This document shows positions 27,931-36,074 of a stretch of 50,136 bases of DNA, piece by piece. Within the stretch, counting starts at the first letter, position 1; each line of letters begins with the position of its first letter. The notes beneath the pieces were generated by a model. The model worked only from the letters and a program-made list of their open reading frames with translations, was not told the origin of the DNA and made no database searches. A program made the position numbers and the translations under genes. This stretch comes from Acidobacteriota bacterium. GTDB taxonomy: Bacteria; Acidobacteriota; Vicinamibacteria; Vicinamibacterales; UBA2999. Where the stretch lies: NCBI GenBank assembly GCA_046765795.1, contig JBKPRH010000150.1:1-50136 (forward strand), written 5' to 3'.

Positions 27931-28887
27931 TCAATACGGATACGGAAAGACACCGAGTCGCTCTGATTGCTCTGAGTCCAAGCGCAGTAACAAACGTGCG
28001 CGTTCGGAGGACAGGCGAGTTCGGATCGGAACGAGGAGCATGCTGTTGACAGGCTCGACGAGAAGCATCTGACTGATGGGACATCGAAGCAGCGGCCGCT
28101 CCTGATCCCCAACCATCGGCGGCTCGTCCCAGTACGTCAGGTCCGCGCTGCCATGACGAATGTCGAGAAATGTCTCGATGATGGCACCCTCCCAAGTCGG
28201 AAAGTCGAACTTCAGTAGGACACCGTCGGCTCGCCCCTCGAAAGCATCCACCGCGCGGCGCAGCCATCGGCGTCGAACGGCCTCGGCGGCCCTCCTCTCT
28301 GACGGCGACAGGACGAGCTCATTGGGAAACCAGAGCTTGTGGTCGAATGCAAAGAACGACGGCCCTTGCTGCCGCGTCGGCGATGGCAGTGTACCGTCTA
28401 CACAGAGCGGCCTGGGCGGAGCACCCAATCGTCGTACTCTGCCTCGCTGGAAGCGGAGGACCATGCCGTCAGGTGACTGATCGTCCGTGTGCAGCTCCAG
28501 CGTTTGTCCTGACAGGACCGCGCGATCAAAGGCAGTCCCAAACGCGAATGACTCGAAGATGTCACAGTAGTCGTCGGGGTCTACCGTGTCGAATCTGAGC
28601 CAGCCCTCGGCCGTTAATTCCACCGTGCCCTCGCAGACGCTGGGATCCTCCAAGTCGACGCGGTAGTAGCTTCGAAATCCGGACGGCGTAAACTCCAACT
28701 CCAGTACGTAAAGATGCTGTTCGTCGTGTTCCGGATGATCGATACCAGTCAGATGCCACACGCCGACGAGTTGTTGTAAGAGGCCCACGCGCTGGACGGC
28801 CTTCACATTCGTGAGCGCGCTCAAAACGATGACGAAACCCAAAGCGAGCGATCGCATCACCAGTCTATCGGCGTGACCCATTAACAC
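27931..28887 (-). CDS. Hypothetical secreted protein (orphan)
   Basis: Signal-peptide-like MRSLALGFVIVLSALTNVKA. Possible starts are GTG 28887, ATG 28881 and ATG 28857. The GVWHLTG... region suggests a lipocalin-like beta domain. The last roughly 60 aa are low complexity, so the 3' end is uncertain. Confidence 0.5.
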   Translation of the reverse strand: MLMGHADRLVMRSLALGFVIVLSALTNVKAVQRVGLLQQLVGVWHLTGIDHPEHDEQHLYVLELEFTPSGFRSYYRVDLEDPSVCEGTVELTAEGWLRFDTVDPDDYCDIFESFAFGTAFDRAVLSGQTLELHTDDQSPDGMVLRFQRGRVRRLGAPPRPLCVDGTLPSPTRQQGPSFFAFDHKLWFPNELVLSPSERRAAEAVRRRWLRRAVDAFEGRADGVLLKFDFPTWEGAIIETFLDIRHGSADLTYWDEPPMVGDQERPLLRCPISQMLLVEPVNSMLLVPIRTRLSSERARLLLRLDSEQSERLGVFPYPY

Positions 28888-28923
28888 CGTCAGCAGCGGA
28901 GAGTGCAGACGTCGACCCGCTGC

Positions 28924-29139
28924 TCATCGTTTCGTCGTCGCTTTCCGGTTTGCCGTCCGCTTGCGTTTCGTCGACGAGGTTGATGCCTGCTTTGTCGTCG
29001 ATCGTTTTCGAGTGACACGTTCCGGAAGCCGCTTCGCTCCTGTCTCGCGATTCCACTCCTCGAATGTCTCGTTCGAGATCTTGCCTTCCACAAGAAGCTG
29101 CGCGAACTTGCGACGCTGCGCCTGACTCTTGAACGGCAT
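28924..29139 (-). CDS. Small basic protein, DUF3008-like
   Basis: MPFKSQAQRRKFAQLL...EEWNRETGAKRLPERV resembles the KSKAQ..F...LPE pattern I recall for DUF3008. AGGAGG lies 5 nt upstream of ATG 29139. Confidence 0.6.
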   Translation of the reverse strand: MPFKSQAQRRKFAQLLVEGKISNETFEEWNRETGAKRLPERVTRKRSTTKQASTSSTKRKRTANRKATTKR

Positions 29140-29331
29140 CACGTCCTCCTGAGGCCGCGGACTCGCACTCGATTTCTTCTCACGATTTCCTTACAAGTCG
29201 GCGCGGGCGCAGACAAGAGTGTCACGCTACGGCGAATGCGGTTTTGCTGCGATCAAATACGCGTTTTGCCCTTCGTCAGCGTGCGTGTGATGGCCTATAG
29301 TACTGGCTTCACCTCACGATAATTTCCCCGA

Positions 29332-31167
29332 ATGTTGGAACCAGGTACGCAGGTCGGCAGGTACGAAATTCAGCGGCGCCTTGGTCGCGGCGGCATGGGC
29401 ACCGTGTACGTCGCGCACGATCCCGTACTCGGTCGAATGGTCGCGATCAAGATGTTCGCGGGCGACCTCGACGTACCCGATGCCCGCGAGCGCTTCGCGC
29501 GCGAGGCGCGTGCCTCGGCCGCGCTGAGCCATCCCAACATCGTCACGATCTTCGACTTCGGCGAGTTCGCCTCGCAGCCGTACATCGTCATGGAGTACGT
29601 GCCCGGCGAGACGATGGCCAATCTGATCCGCCGCAAGACGCCGATCACGATTGCCGACAAGCTGCGCTGGATGGAAGACCTGTGCGCCGGCGCCGGCTAC
29701 GCACACCAGATGTCGGTCGTGCATCGCGATATCAAGCCCGCGAACCTGATGATCGACCGATCGGGCCGGCTGAAGATCCTGGACTTTGGCATCGCGCGCA
29801 TGTTGGGGATTGCGTCGAACACCGCGGTGATGATCGGCACTCCGGGCTATATGGCGCCGGAGCAGATCACTGGAGAGCCGGTCGATCATCGCTCGGATCA
29901 ATTCTCGATTGGCGTCGTCTTCTACGAACTGCTCGCCTACAGTGAGCCGTTCCCGGGCGACACCCTGCCGATGATCACGCATCGCATCGTGCATGAGGAG
30001 CCGACGCCGCTCGAGCAACTGGTGCCCGAGGTCAGCCCTGACATCATCGCGATTGTGCGCCAAACGATGCGCAAGCGCAGCGCAGAGCGGTTCAAAGATG
30101 CCGAGGCACTGCGGATCGCAATCGCACGCGTGCGCCGTCAATACGAATCCGACGACGACTTCAGTCGTCCGACGCGGCCGGTCGGCTTCGATACGACAAC
30201 GCTGAGTGGCACCAATCGCGGCACCGGCTCGTCACGGCGGCGATCGAACGACGCTGTCGGCGTCGCGCAGATGACACCGCCACCGGATCCGCGGCGAAGC
30301 GAAGTGCTCGCCAAGCGACGGACGACGCAAGTCGAAGCCGCGATCACGCTGGCGCGCACACTGCTCGGACAGCGGAAGCTGGAGGAGGCACTCGACGCCT
30401 GCCAGCAGGCACTCACGCTCGATGAGACGCATGTCGGCGCACTCGAACTCGAAGAGGAGATCCAGACCGCACTCCGTATCGAGGAGGGCGTGGAGATTGC
30501 CGCCGATGACTCGATTGACTCCGCGCTGACGACCGCTGCAGATCCCTCGTCACTGTCTGGTCTCATGGCATCGCGGCTCCTTGATTCGCAGGCAGTCACG
30601 CGCGTGCACGAACAAGCGTTCGTCGTCACCGGCTTGCCGCCCGGTTCGTCTGAACGGCCGCTCACAGGTCCAGTGCCGTCGACGTCGGTTGCGCCAGTGG
30701 CGGTCCCTGTATCGACGGGAACGCTGCCCGCACCCACCGTGACAGCGCCTGCAGTGCCGCAAACGGCACCTGGCGTGTCCGAACGACGCGCGTTCGCGCC
30801 GACGAAATGGGTTGGTGCCGGTATCGCAGCGATTGCCGCTGCTGCGGTTGCCGCGTTCATGATGACAGGCGGTGCTACCGCGACAGGCACTGCGGTGATC
30901 GACGCAGCGCCCTGGGCGAACATCACTGAGATTCGCAACGAGGCCGGGGTGTTGCAGCCGCTGCCGGCACAGGCGTCCACGCCGGTGTCACTGACATTGC
31001 CCACCGGCACCTATCAGATCTCGCTCGTAGGTCCACCGCCGCAATCGAAGAAGGAAACTGTCACGCTGCGTGTGAACGACGGACAGACCAGCGTCGCGCC
31101 TGTCACGCGCTTCCAGTCGCTGACGGTCGAAGAGTACTTCGACGAGTATCTCGGAGGTGGGCAGTGA
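29332..31167 (+). CDS. Transmembrane Ser/Thr protein kinase (Hanks type) with an extracytoplasmic beta-rich domain
   Basis: GRGGMGTVY, AIK, HRDIKPANL, DFGIA, GTPGYMAPE. TM helix WVGAGIAAIAAAAVAAFMM. C-terminal roughly 110 aa lie outside the membrane. Confidence 0.9.
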   Translation: MLEPGTQVGRYEIQRRLGRGGMGTVYVAHDPVLGRMVAIKMFAGDLDVPDARERFAREARASAALSHPNIVTIFDFGEFASQPYIVMEYVPGETMANLIRRKTPITIADKLRWMEDLCAGAGYAHQMSVVHRDIKPANLMIDRSGRLKILDFGIARMLGIASNTAVMIGTPGYMAPEQITGEPVDHRSDQFSIGVVFYELLAYSEPFPGDTLPMITHRIVHEEPTPLEQLVPEVSPDIIAIVRQTMRKRSAERFKDAEALRIAIARVRRQYESDDDFSRPTRPVGFDTTTLSGTNRGTGSSRRRSNDAVGVAQMTPPPDPRRSEVLAKRRTTQVEAAITLARTLLGQRKLEEALDACQQALTLDETHVGALELEEEIQTALRIEEGVEIAADDSIDSALTTAADPSSLSGLMASRLLDSQAVTRVHEQAFVVTGLPPGSSERPLTGPVPSTSVAPVAVPVSTGTLPAPTVTAPAVPQTAPGVSERRAFAPTKWVGAGIAAIAAAAVAAFMMTGGATATGTAVIDAAPWANITEIRNEAGVLQPLPAQASTPVSLTLPTGTYQISLVGPPPQSKKETVTLRVNDGQTSVAPVTRFQSLTVEEYFDEYLGGGQ

Positions 31168-32720
31168 ACCGCGCATCCGTGATACTCGCGCTCGCCTGTG
31201 CGTGCGCGATCCCGTCGCTCGCCGCGGCGCAAGATGATGCGTTCAAGCAAGGGCTGCAGGCGCGAGGCGATAAGAAGTGGGCGGATGTCGTCCGTCACAT
31301 GCAGAACGCCGTGAAAGCTGACGCGCAGGAATCCACACGTAAGGTGGGTTCGCGGCTGGGTGTGGGTGGCACTGAGTACTTGCCGCACTTCTTCCTCGGC
31401 GAGGCCTATTACAACCAGCAGGACTGCGGCGGCGCGGTGACCGAATGGTCGATCTCCGAGCAGCAGGGCGCGATCAAGGGCAAGCCCGAGTTCCTCGGTG
31501 TGATGAAGGCGGGCGTGTCCGCGTGCGCGGCAAAGGGCGTGCTGCTCGCCGCGGACTACAACCCCCTCTATCAGGCGACGAGCAAGGCCTACGCCGATGC
31601 TGCTGCGCTCAGCAAGCGGATCTCCGATATCGGCACGACGAATCGCGAGGTCTGGCGTCCGGAGGTGGACGAACAATTCGCTCGCGCCAAGAAAGAGCTC
31701 GAGACATCGTTCGCGCGGTTGAATGCAGGACAGCGCTCACGGCTCGCGGTCGACTTCAACGATGCGAAGGCGGCTTCGGAGCGCGCGACCGCGATCCTTC
31801 GTCCGCTCGAGACGTCACTCAATACAGCGGTTGAAGCGCTCAACTCGGTGCAGCGGCAGGCGAAAGAAGTCGAGCAGATTCTCACGGCTGCGGATACCAC
31901 GGACCAGACGCTGGAGACGCTGAAGGATTCGCTCACCGAGCCGATGCAGGCCGCTCGCAAGACTGGCAAGCAACAACTCGCGCAAGCGCGCGATCGGTTG
32001 ACGGCCGGACAGAAGACGCAGAACGCAACGGCCGTCGGCGACGCGCTCAAATACGCGCAGTCGGCGTCGGCGACGTTGACGCAGATCCTCGAACAGGTGC
32101 AGAAGGCCGCGCGCGGCGTCCTCGAGCAGCAGCTCGGCGACGCGATTCGAGTGGCGGACGACGCCTTTTCCCGCGTCTCGGGCGCGATGAGCCTGCTCGA
32201 TCGCCGCATCGCACAGAAGCCAGACGTCGTGAATCCAAAGCTGACCGCGGATCGTGCTACGTACGTGAAGCAGGTGGATGCGTTGCGTCGCCGCTTCGAA
32301 CGTGCGCGCAAGGCCGAAGATCTCGCCGCTCTCGCTGAGACCACGCGTCTCACGCTGGAGGCGCAGAAAGGCCTCACCGGACTCATCACCACGTTCGGCC
32401 CGATCACGTTGCGCGAGCGCGGCGTGCACGAATCACTGGAAGAGGGCGTCCGGTTGTACTTGAATGGCGAGTATCAGCAGGCGCTCAGCGCGCTCGAGCC
32501 GCTCACGTCGCAAACCGACATGGCGATGCAGGTACACGCGCACGTGTTCCGTGCCGCGGCTCTCTATGCGCTGTTCGTGCGATCGGGTGAGTCCAACGCG
32601 CAGCTGCGGAACGATGCGTTAGCCGAGATCGCGCAGACCAAACAGCTGAACGCGTCGTTCCAGCCGAGTCCCCGGGCGTTTTCGCCCAGGTTCCTCAGCC
32701 TCTATCAAACCGGCCGCTAA
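31164..32720 (+). CDS. Secreted coiled-coil/TPR-like protein of unknown function, translationally coupled to the kinase
   Basis: GTGA stop/start overlap with the kinase gene, with GGAGG 6 nt upstream. Signal peptide MNRASVILALACACAIPSLAAAQ. Long A/Q/K/E-rich helical region. Confidence 0.7.
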   Translation: MNRASVILALACACAIPSLAAAQDDAFKQGLQARGDKKWADVVRHMQNAVKADAQESTRKVGSRLGVGGTEYLPHFFLGEAYYNQQDCGGAVTEWSISEQQGAIKGKPEFLGVMKAGVSACAAKGVLLAADYNPLYQATSKAYADAAALSKRISDIGTTNREVWRPEVDEQFARAKKELETSFARLNAGQRSRLAVDFNDAKAASERATAILRPLETSLNTAVEALNSVQRQAKEVEQILTAADTTDQTLETLKDSLTEPMQAARKTGKQQLAQARDRLTAGQKTQNATAVGDALKYAQSASATLTQILEQVQKAARGVLEQQLGDAIRVADDAFSRVSGAMSLLDRRIAQKPDVVNPKLTADRATYVKQVDALRRRFERARKAEDLAALAETTRLTLEAQKGLTGLITTFGPITLRERGVHESLEEGVRLYLNGEYQQALSALEPLTSQTDMAMQVHAHVFRAAALYALFVRSGESNAQLRNDALAEIAQTKQLNASFQPSPRAFSPRFLSLYQTGR

Positions 32721-32729
32721 CGACGGACC

Positions 32730-33386
32730 TTAGTCGCGGCCGCGGCCCTTGCCGTGACCCTTCGAGCCTTTGCCCTTGCCTTGCGAGTTTCCGTCCTCGT
32801 CGTCGCGGCCCTTGCCGCCGCCACCGCCGCCACGAAATTCGGCGTTGATGGCCACGAAGTCTCTGTCGCGGCCACGCATCTCGATGATGCGCTCCGGCGC
32901 GACGTGGTAGTGCTCGCTGAGGAACTGTAGTTCCACCAGGTTGACCATGTCAGCGTCGCTCAGGACGATGGTGCTCCACTGCTTACGATGCTTGTTCTTG
33001 TAGTGACCGAGCGCGCGGCCATACGGCGGCCCACTCACGACTGTGACCGGGACGTAATAGACGTCCGGCTGAACCCCTAGGCGCACCGAGATGTTCCACC
33101 ACGAATCGCCGCGCAGGCGCATGTCCACGACGCGGCCCCAGGGCACACCCGCGTGCCGCGCGATGAACAGCGCGACCGGGATCTCGTCGTCGGGGATCCG
33201 ACGCTCGCGAATCACGATCACCTCGCGCTCGGGAACCTGGTAGTAGTTGGCCACCGCGACATGGAAGTTGCCGATATTGGCCGACACGCTGTACGCCGTT
33301 TGCGCGAACGCGCGATCGGCGCCGATGAAGGGTGTCAACGTCACGAATGACGAGACGAGCACGATCGTGAACATGGATATGCGCAT
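32730..33386 (-). CDS. Hypothetical secreted protein with a G/K-rich tail
   Basis: Signal peptide MRISMFTIVLVSSFVTLTPFIGADRAFAQ. Two similar internal segments (YYQVPEREVIVIRER / HYHVAPERIIEMRGR). Tail is GGGGGGKGRDDEDGNSQGKGKGSKGHGKGRGRD. Confidence 0.6.
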   Translation of the reverse strand: MRISMFTIVLVSSFVTLTPFIGADRAFAQTAYSVSANIGNFHVAVANYYQVPEREVIVIRERRIPDDEIPVALFIARHAGVPWGRVVDMRLRGDSWWNISVRLGVQPDVYYVPVTVVSGPPYGRALGHYKNKHRKQWSTIVLSDADMVNLVELQFLSEHYHVAPERIIEMRGRDRDFVAINAEFRGGGGGGKGRDDEDGNSQGKGKGSKGHGKGRGRD

Positions 33387-33536
33387 AGTTGTTCTCTCGC
33401 TCTAAGGAAGAGCAAGGGAATCGCCATGTCGCGATATCCGTTGTTTGCCGCGGTTTAACGCGGCTTTCCCGTGAATCAGAGGCGCTGCTCGGGCCACATA
33501 TCCGTCATCGCATTACAGCGCTCGTAATCGCCCTTG

Positions 33537-33641
33537 GTAGTTGGGCGTGTGGGAGTTGGGAGTTGAATTGGACCCCAACCGCTTCGCTTCAGGCACACGC
33601 AGAAGCGAAGCGGTCAGGGTGTGGGGAGGAGGGGCGCCCCT
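33537..33641. repeat. Composite non-coding element: G/T-rich repeat, a 12-bp perfect hairpin and a GC palindrome
   Basis: 33537-33572 is GGTAGTTGGGCGTGTGGGAGTTGGGAGTTGAATTGG, related to 9741-9796. Hairpin CCGCTTCGCTTC (33579-33590) / GAAGCGAAGCGG (33602-33613). Palindrome AGGGGCGCCCCT at 33630-33641. Confidence 0.55.
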
Positions 33642-33832
33642 TTCAGGAGGGGCAGCCGTGACGCGGTATGGCGAGCGACGTCAACGAGACTCTGAAATCG
33701 CAACCCACATGCCCACTCGGAACTGCACGCGTCCTCCCACGCTCGCATCCGATTCGGCCCACAAGGTCCGCGGCCAGCAGACTTTGTTTCCACTTCCTTG
33801 ACTGGCCCGGACTCGGTCTATCATCCGCCTCT

Positions 33833-35161
33833 ATGACTCATCGCCTGATCCGAACGCTGATTCCTGTTGTCGTAGCCTGCTTCGTCTTCACCCTACAGCT
33901 CCAGGCCGGCACTATCGTCGCCGGTAAGCCTGAGGACCTCGGGTTCTCGCCTGAGCGCCTCGCCCGTATTCACGAGGCCGTGCAGCGTCACATTGACGCG
34001 AAGTCCCTGGCGGGCGCGGTCACGATGGTGGTCCGCAACGGACGCATCGCCCACCTCGAGGGTCACGGCCTGATCGATCTCGAAACCAATCGGCCAATGC
34101 CGAAGGATGCGATCTTCCGGTTGGCGTCGATGTCGAAGCCGGTGACCGCTGTCGCCGTGATGATGATGCTCGAGGAGGGCAAGCTGCGCCTCACCGATCC
34201 GGTGTCGCGCTTCATTCCCGAGTTCAAGACCATGAAGGTCGCGGTGCCGAAGCCGGGATCCGAGGCTGCCGCGGCAGCGGCGGGCGGTCGTGGCGGACGT
34301 GGCGCAGCGCCGGTGGACATCGATTTGGTGCCTGCGTCTCGCGAGATCACAGTCCGTGATCTGCTGACGCATGGTTCCGGTTTGATGAGTGGCGGTCTCG
34401 GTCAGCGCGCATCTGCATCGCTCGCGCAGCGCGCGCCCGACGACACGTTGGCGACCTACATCCCGAAGCTCGGCGGAGCAGTTCTCGATTTCCAGCCCGG
34501 TACGTTGTGGCGCTACAGCGGGCTCGCAGGCTTCGATGTCCTCGGACGCATTGTCGAGATCACCTCGGGTCAGCCATTCGATCGCTTCCTCAAGCAGCGA
34601 CTCTTCGATCCGCTCGGCATGAAGGACACGGGATTCACGCTGCTTCCCGATCGCGCGTCGCGCATCGTGCCTCTCTACCGTCGCGCCGCCGGCGAGTCCG
34701 CACGCGCGGCGGGCCAGAACGGATTAGAAAAGCTGCCCGATCAGAACGGCTTGAGCAGCGCGACGTATTTCTCTGGCGCCGGTGGTTTGGTCACCACGGC
34801 AGAGGACTACGCGCAGTTTGCGACGATGCTCGTGAATGGTGGTGAGTTGAATGGCAAGCGCTACCTCAGCCCGCGAACGATCGAGCTGATGGCGTCGAAT
34901 CACACGGGAGAAATGGCCGGCGGACAGATGGGCATGTCGCCGCGCGGTATCGGCTTCGGTCTCGGCGTGCAGGTTGTCGAGGATCCTGTCGCGGCGGATC
35001 GCCGTGTCTCAAAGGGCGCATGGGGATGGGCGGGCGCGTATGGCACGAACGTCCACATCGAGCCGCAAGAGAAGATGGTGACGATCATCCTCATGCAGAC
35101 ATCAACGCCGGCGCTGCAGCGCGACTTCGAGAACGCGGTCTTTCAAGCGATCGTGAAGTAG
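33833..35161 (+). CDS. Serine hydrolase, beta-lactamase/PBP4-like (class C fold)
   Basis: Start placed at MTHRLIRTLIPVVVACFVFTLQLQAG (signal peptide). SxxK motif ASMSKPVTA. YSG (YxN-like) motif region. The upstream ORF extension to 33668 has no signal peptide logic. Confidence 0.85.
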   Translation: MTHRLIRTLIPVVVACFVFTLQLQAGTIVAGKPEDLGFSPERLARIHEAVQRHIDAKSLAGAVTMVVRNGRIAHLEGHGLIDLETNRPMPKDAIFRLASMSKPVTAVAVMMMLEEGKLRLTDPVSRFIPEFKTMKVAVPKPGSEAAAAAAGGRGGRGAAPVDIDLVPASREITVRDLLTHGSGLMSGGLGQRASASLAQRAPDDTLATYIPKLGGAVLDFQPGTLWRYSGLAGFDVLGRIVEITSGQPFDRFLKQRLFDPLGMKDTGFTLLPDRASRIVPLYRRAAGESARAAGQNGLEKLPDQNGLSSATYFSGAGGLVTTAEDYAQFATMLVNGGELNGKRYLSPRTIELMASNHTGEMAGGQMGMSPRGIGFGLGVQVVEDPVAADRRVSKGAWGWAGAYGTNVHIEPQEKMVTIILMQTSTPALQRDFENAVFQAIVK

Positions 35162-35285
35162 GAGACTGTCCGCTCGCGGGAATTCTGTTCGGAATCGAAC
35201 GAAGCACTTGTAACGAGAAGACTTACCTGATCTGGGCATGAACCGATCGCCGGTTCGTGCCGTCAAACTACCAACAAACAACGGC

Positions 35286-35401
35286 GGGGCACCGGCGCGC
35301 GGCAACGCGCCGGCACCCCTGATCGCAACCCGCAGGAGTGAGCTGCGGGCCGGACTTGCCTCAGTATAGGTGAGGGCCAGCCCGCATCAGGAGGGCTGGC
35401 C
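35286..35401 (+). promoter_or_regulatory. Structured GC-rich leader (three consecutive hairpins) ending at the start codon of the HExxH ORF
   Basis: Hairpins at 35286-35319 (4+8 bp), 35329-35349 (7 bp) and 35375-35401 (9 bp GGCCAGCCC/GGGCTGGCC). The last one pairs the 3' half of the SD AGGAGGG and abuts the ATG. Confidence 0.4.
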
Positions 35402-35857
35402 ATGTGGACCGCCGCATCGGTGGTGGCGTGTGCCTTGGCGGTACTCGGTCGCAGCGAGCGGAGCATGCCGCGCATCGAGTTGATCGACATCGCGCCGCCG
35501 AGCGTGTCAGTTGGTGCCGAAGCCTTTGTTCGTCCGGGCAGCGGCGCCATCTACCTGATCACCTCGTCATTTGTTTTTCAAACGGCGTTGAAGGCCCGCA
35601 TGCACTGCACGGAGTCGATGGCCATGCGGAAGCTCGCCAGCATTCTCGCGCACGAAGAGTGGCACATCCGTCATGGCTCCGATGAGCGGGGGGCGTACCA
35701 GCAGCAGCTCATCACGCTCATTCGCCTCGGGCAGCAGCCGGGGTCCGGCTTGTATCGCGAAGTGCAGCTCTCAATGCTGAAGGTGATCGAAGCACGCAAG
35801 CGAAACAAGCCTGACAAGCCCGAGTTTCTGCTGGCCGGTCTCAACACAGTGTTCTGA
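35402..35857 (+). CDS. Small exported HExxH-motif protein (putative minimal zinc metallopeptidase), unknown family
   Basis: GGAGG lies 7 nt upstream. Hydrophobic N-terminus MWTAASVVACALAVLG. Motif ILAHEEWHIRHGSDE. 151 aa. Confidence 0.55.
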   Translation: MWTAASVVACALAVLGRSERSMPRIELIDIAPPSVSVGAEAFVRPGSGAIYLITSSFVFQTALKARMHCTESMAMRKLASILAHEEWHIRHGSDERGAYQQQLITLIRLGQQPGSGLYREVQLSMLKVIEARKRNKPDKPEFLLAGLNTVF

Positions 35858-36074
35858 TCGATCACTGCAGTCGCGTGTATTTGACGCGACTCGGCGATCG
35901 GCGTAGCGTACGTCGTACGCCTAAGACGCCGGCAAGCGGCGTCGCGGGGGACCCAGTATCTGGCAAAACGCCTTAGCGGCGTTTCGCCATGGGGCGAATC
36001 TCGAATCCTTCGAGTAGAGGACTTCCAACCTCGAGCCCGTCAGCTAACCCCGTCGGCGTGATTGGAGGCTTGCC

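Noticed and set aside
35238-35369. 43-aa ORF (MNRSPVRAVKLPTNNGG...) in the leader upstream of the HExxH gene.
   Set aside because: It has no SD and is composed of the GC hairpin arms. It is more simply explained as structured non-coding RNA.
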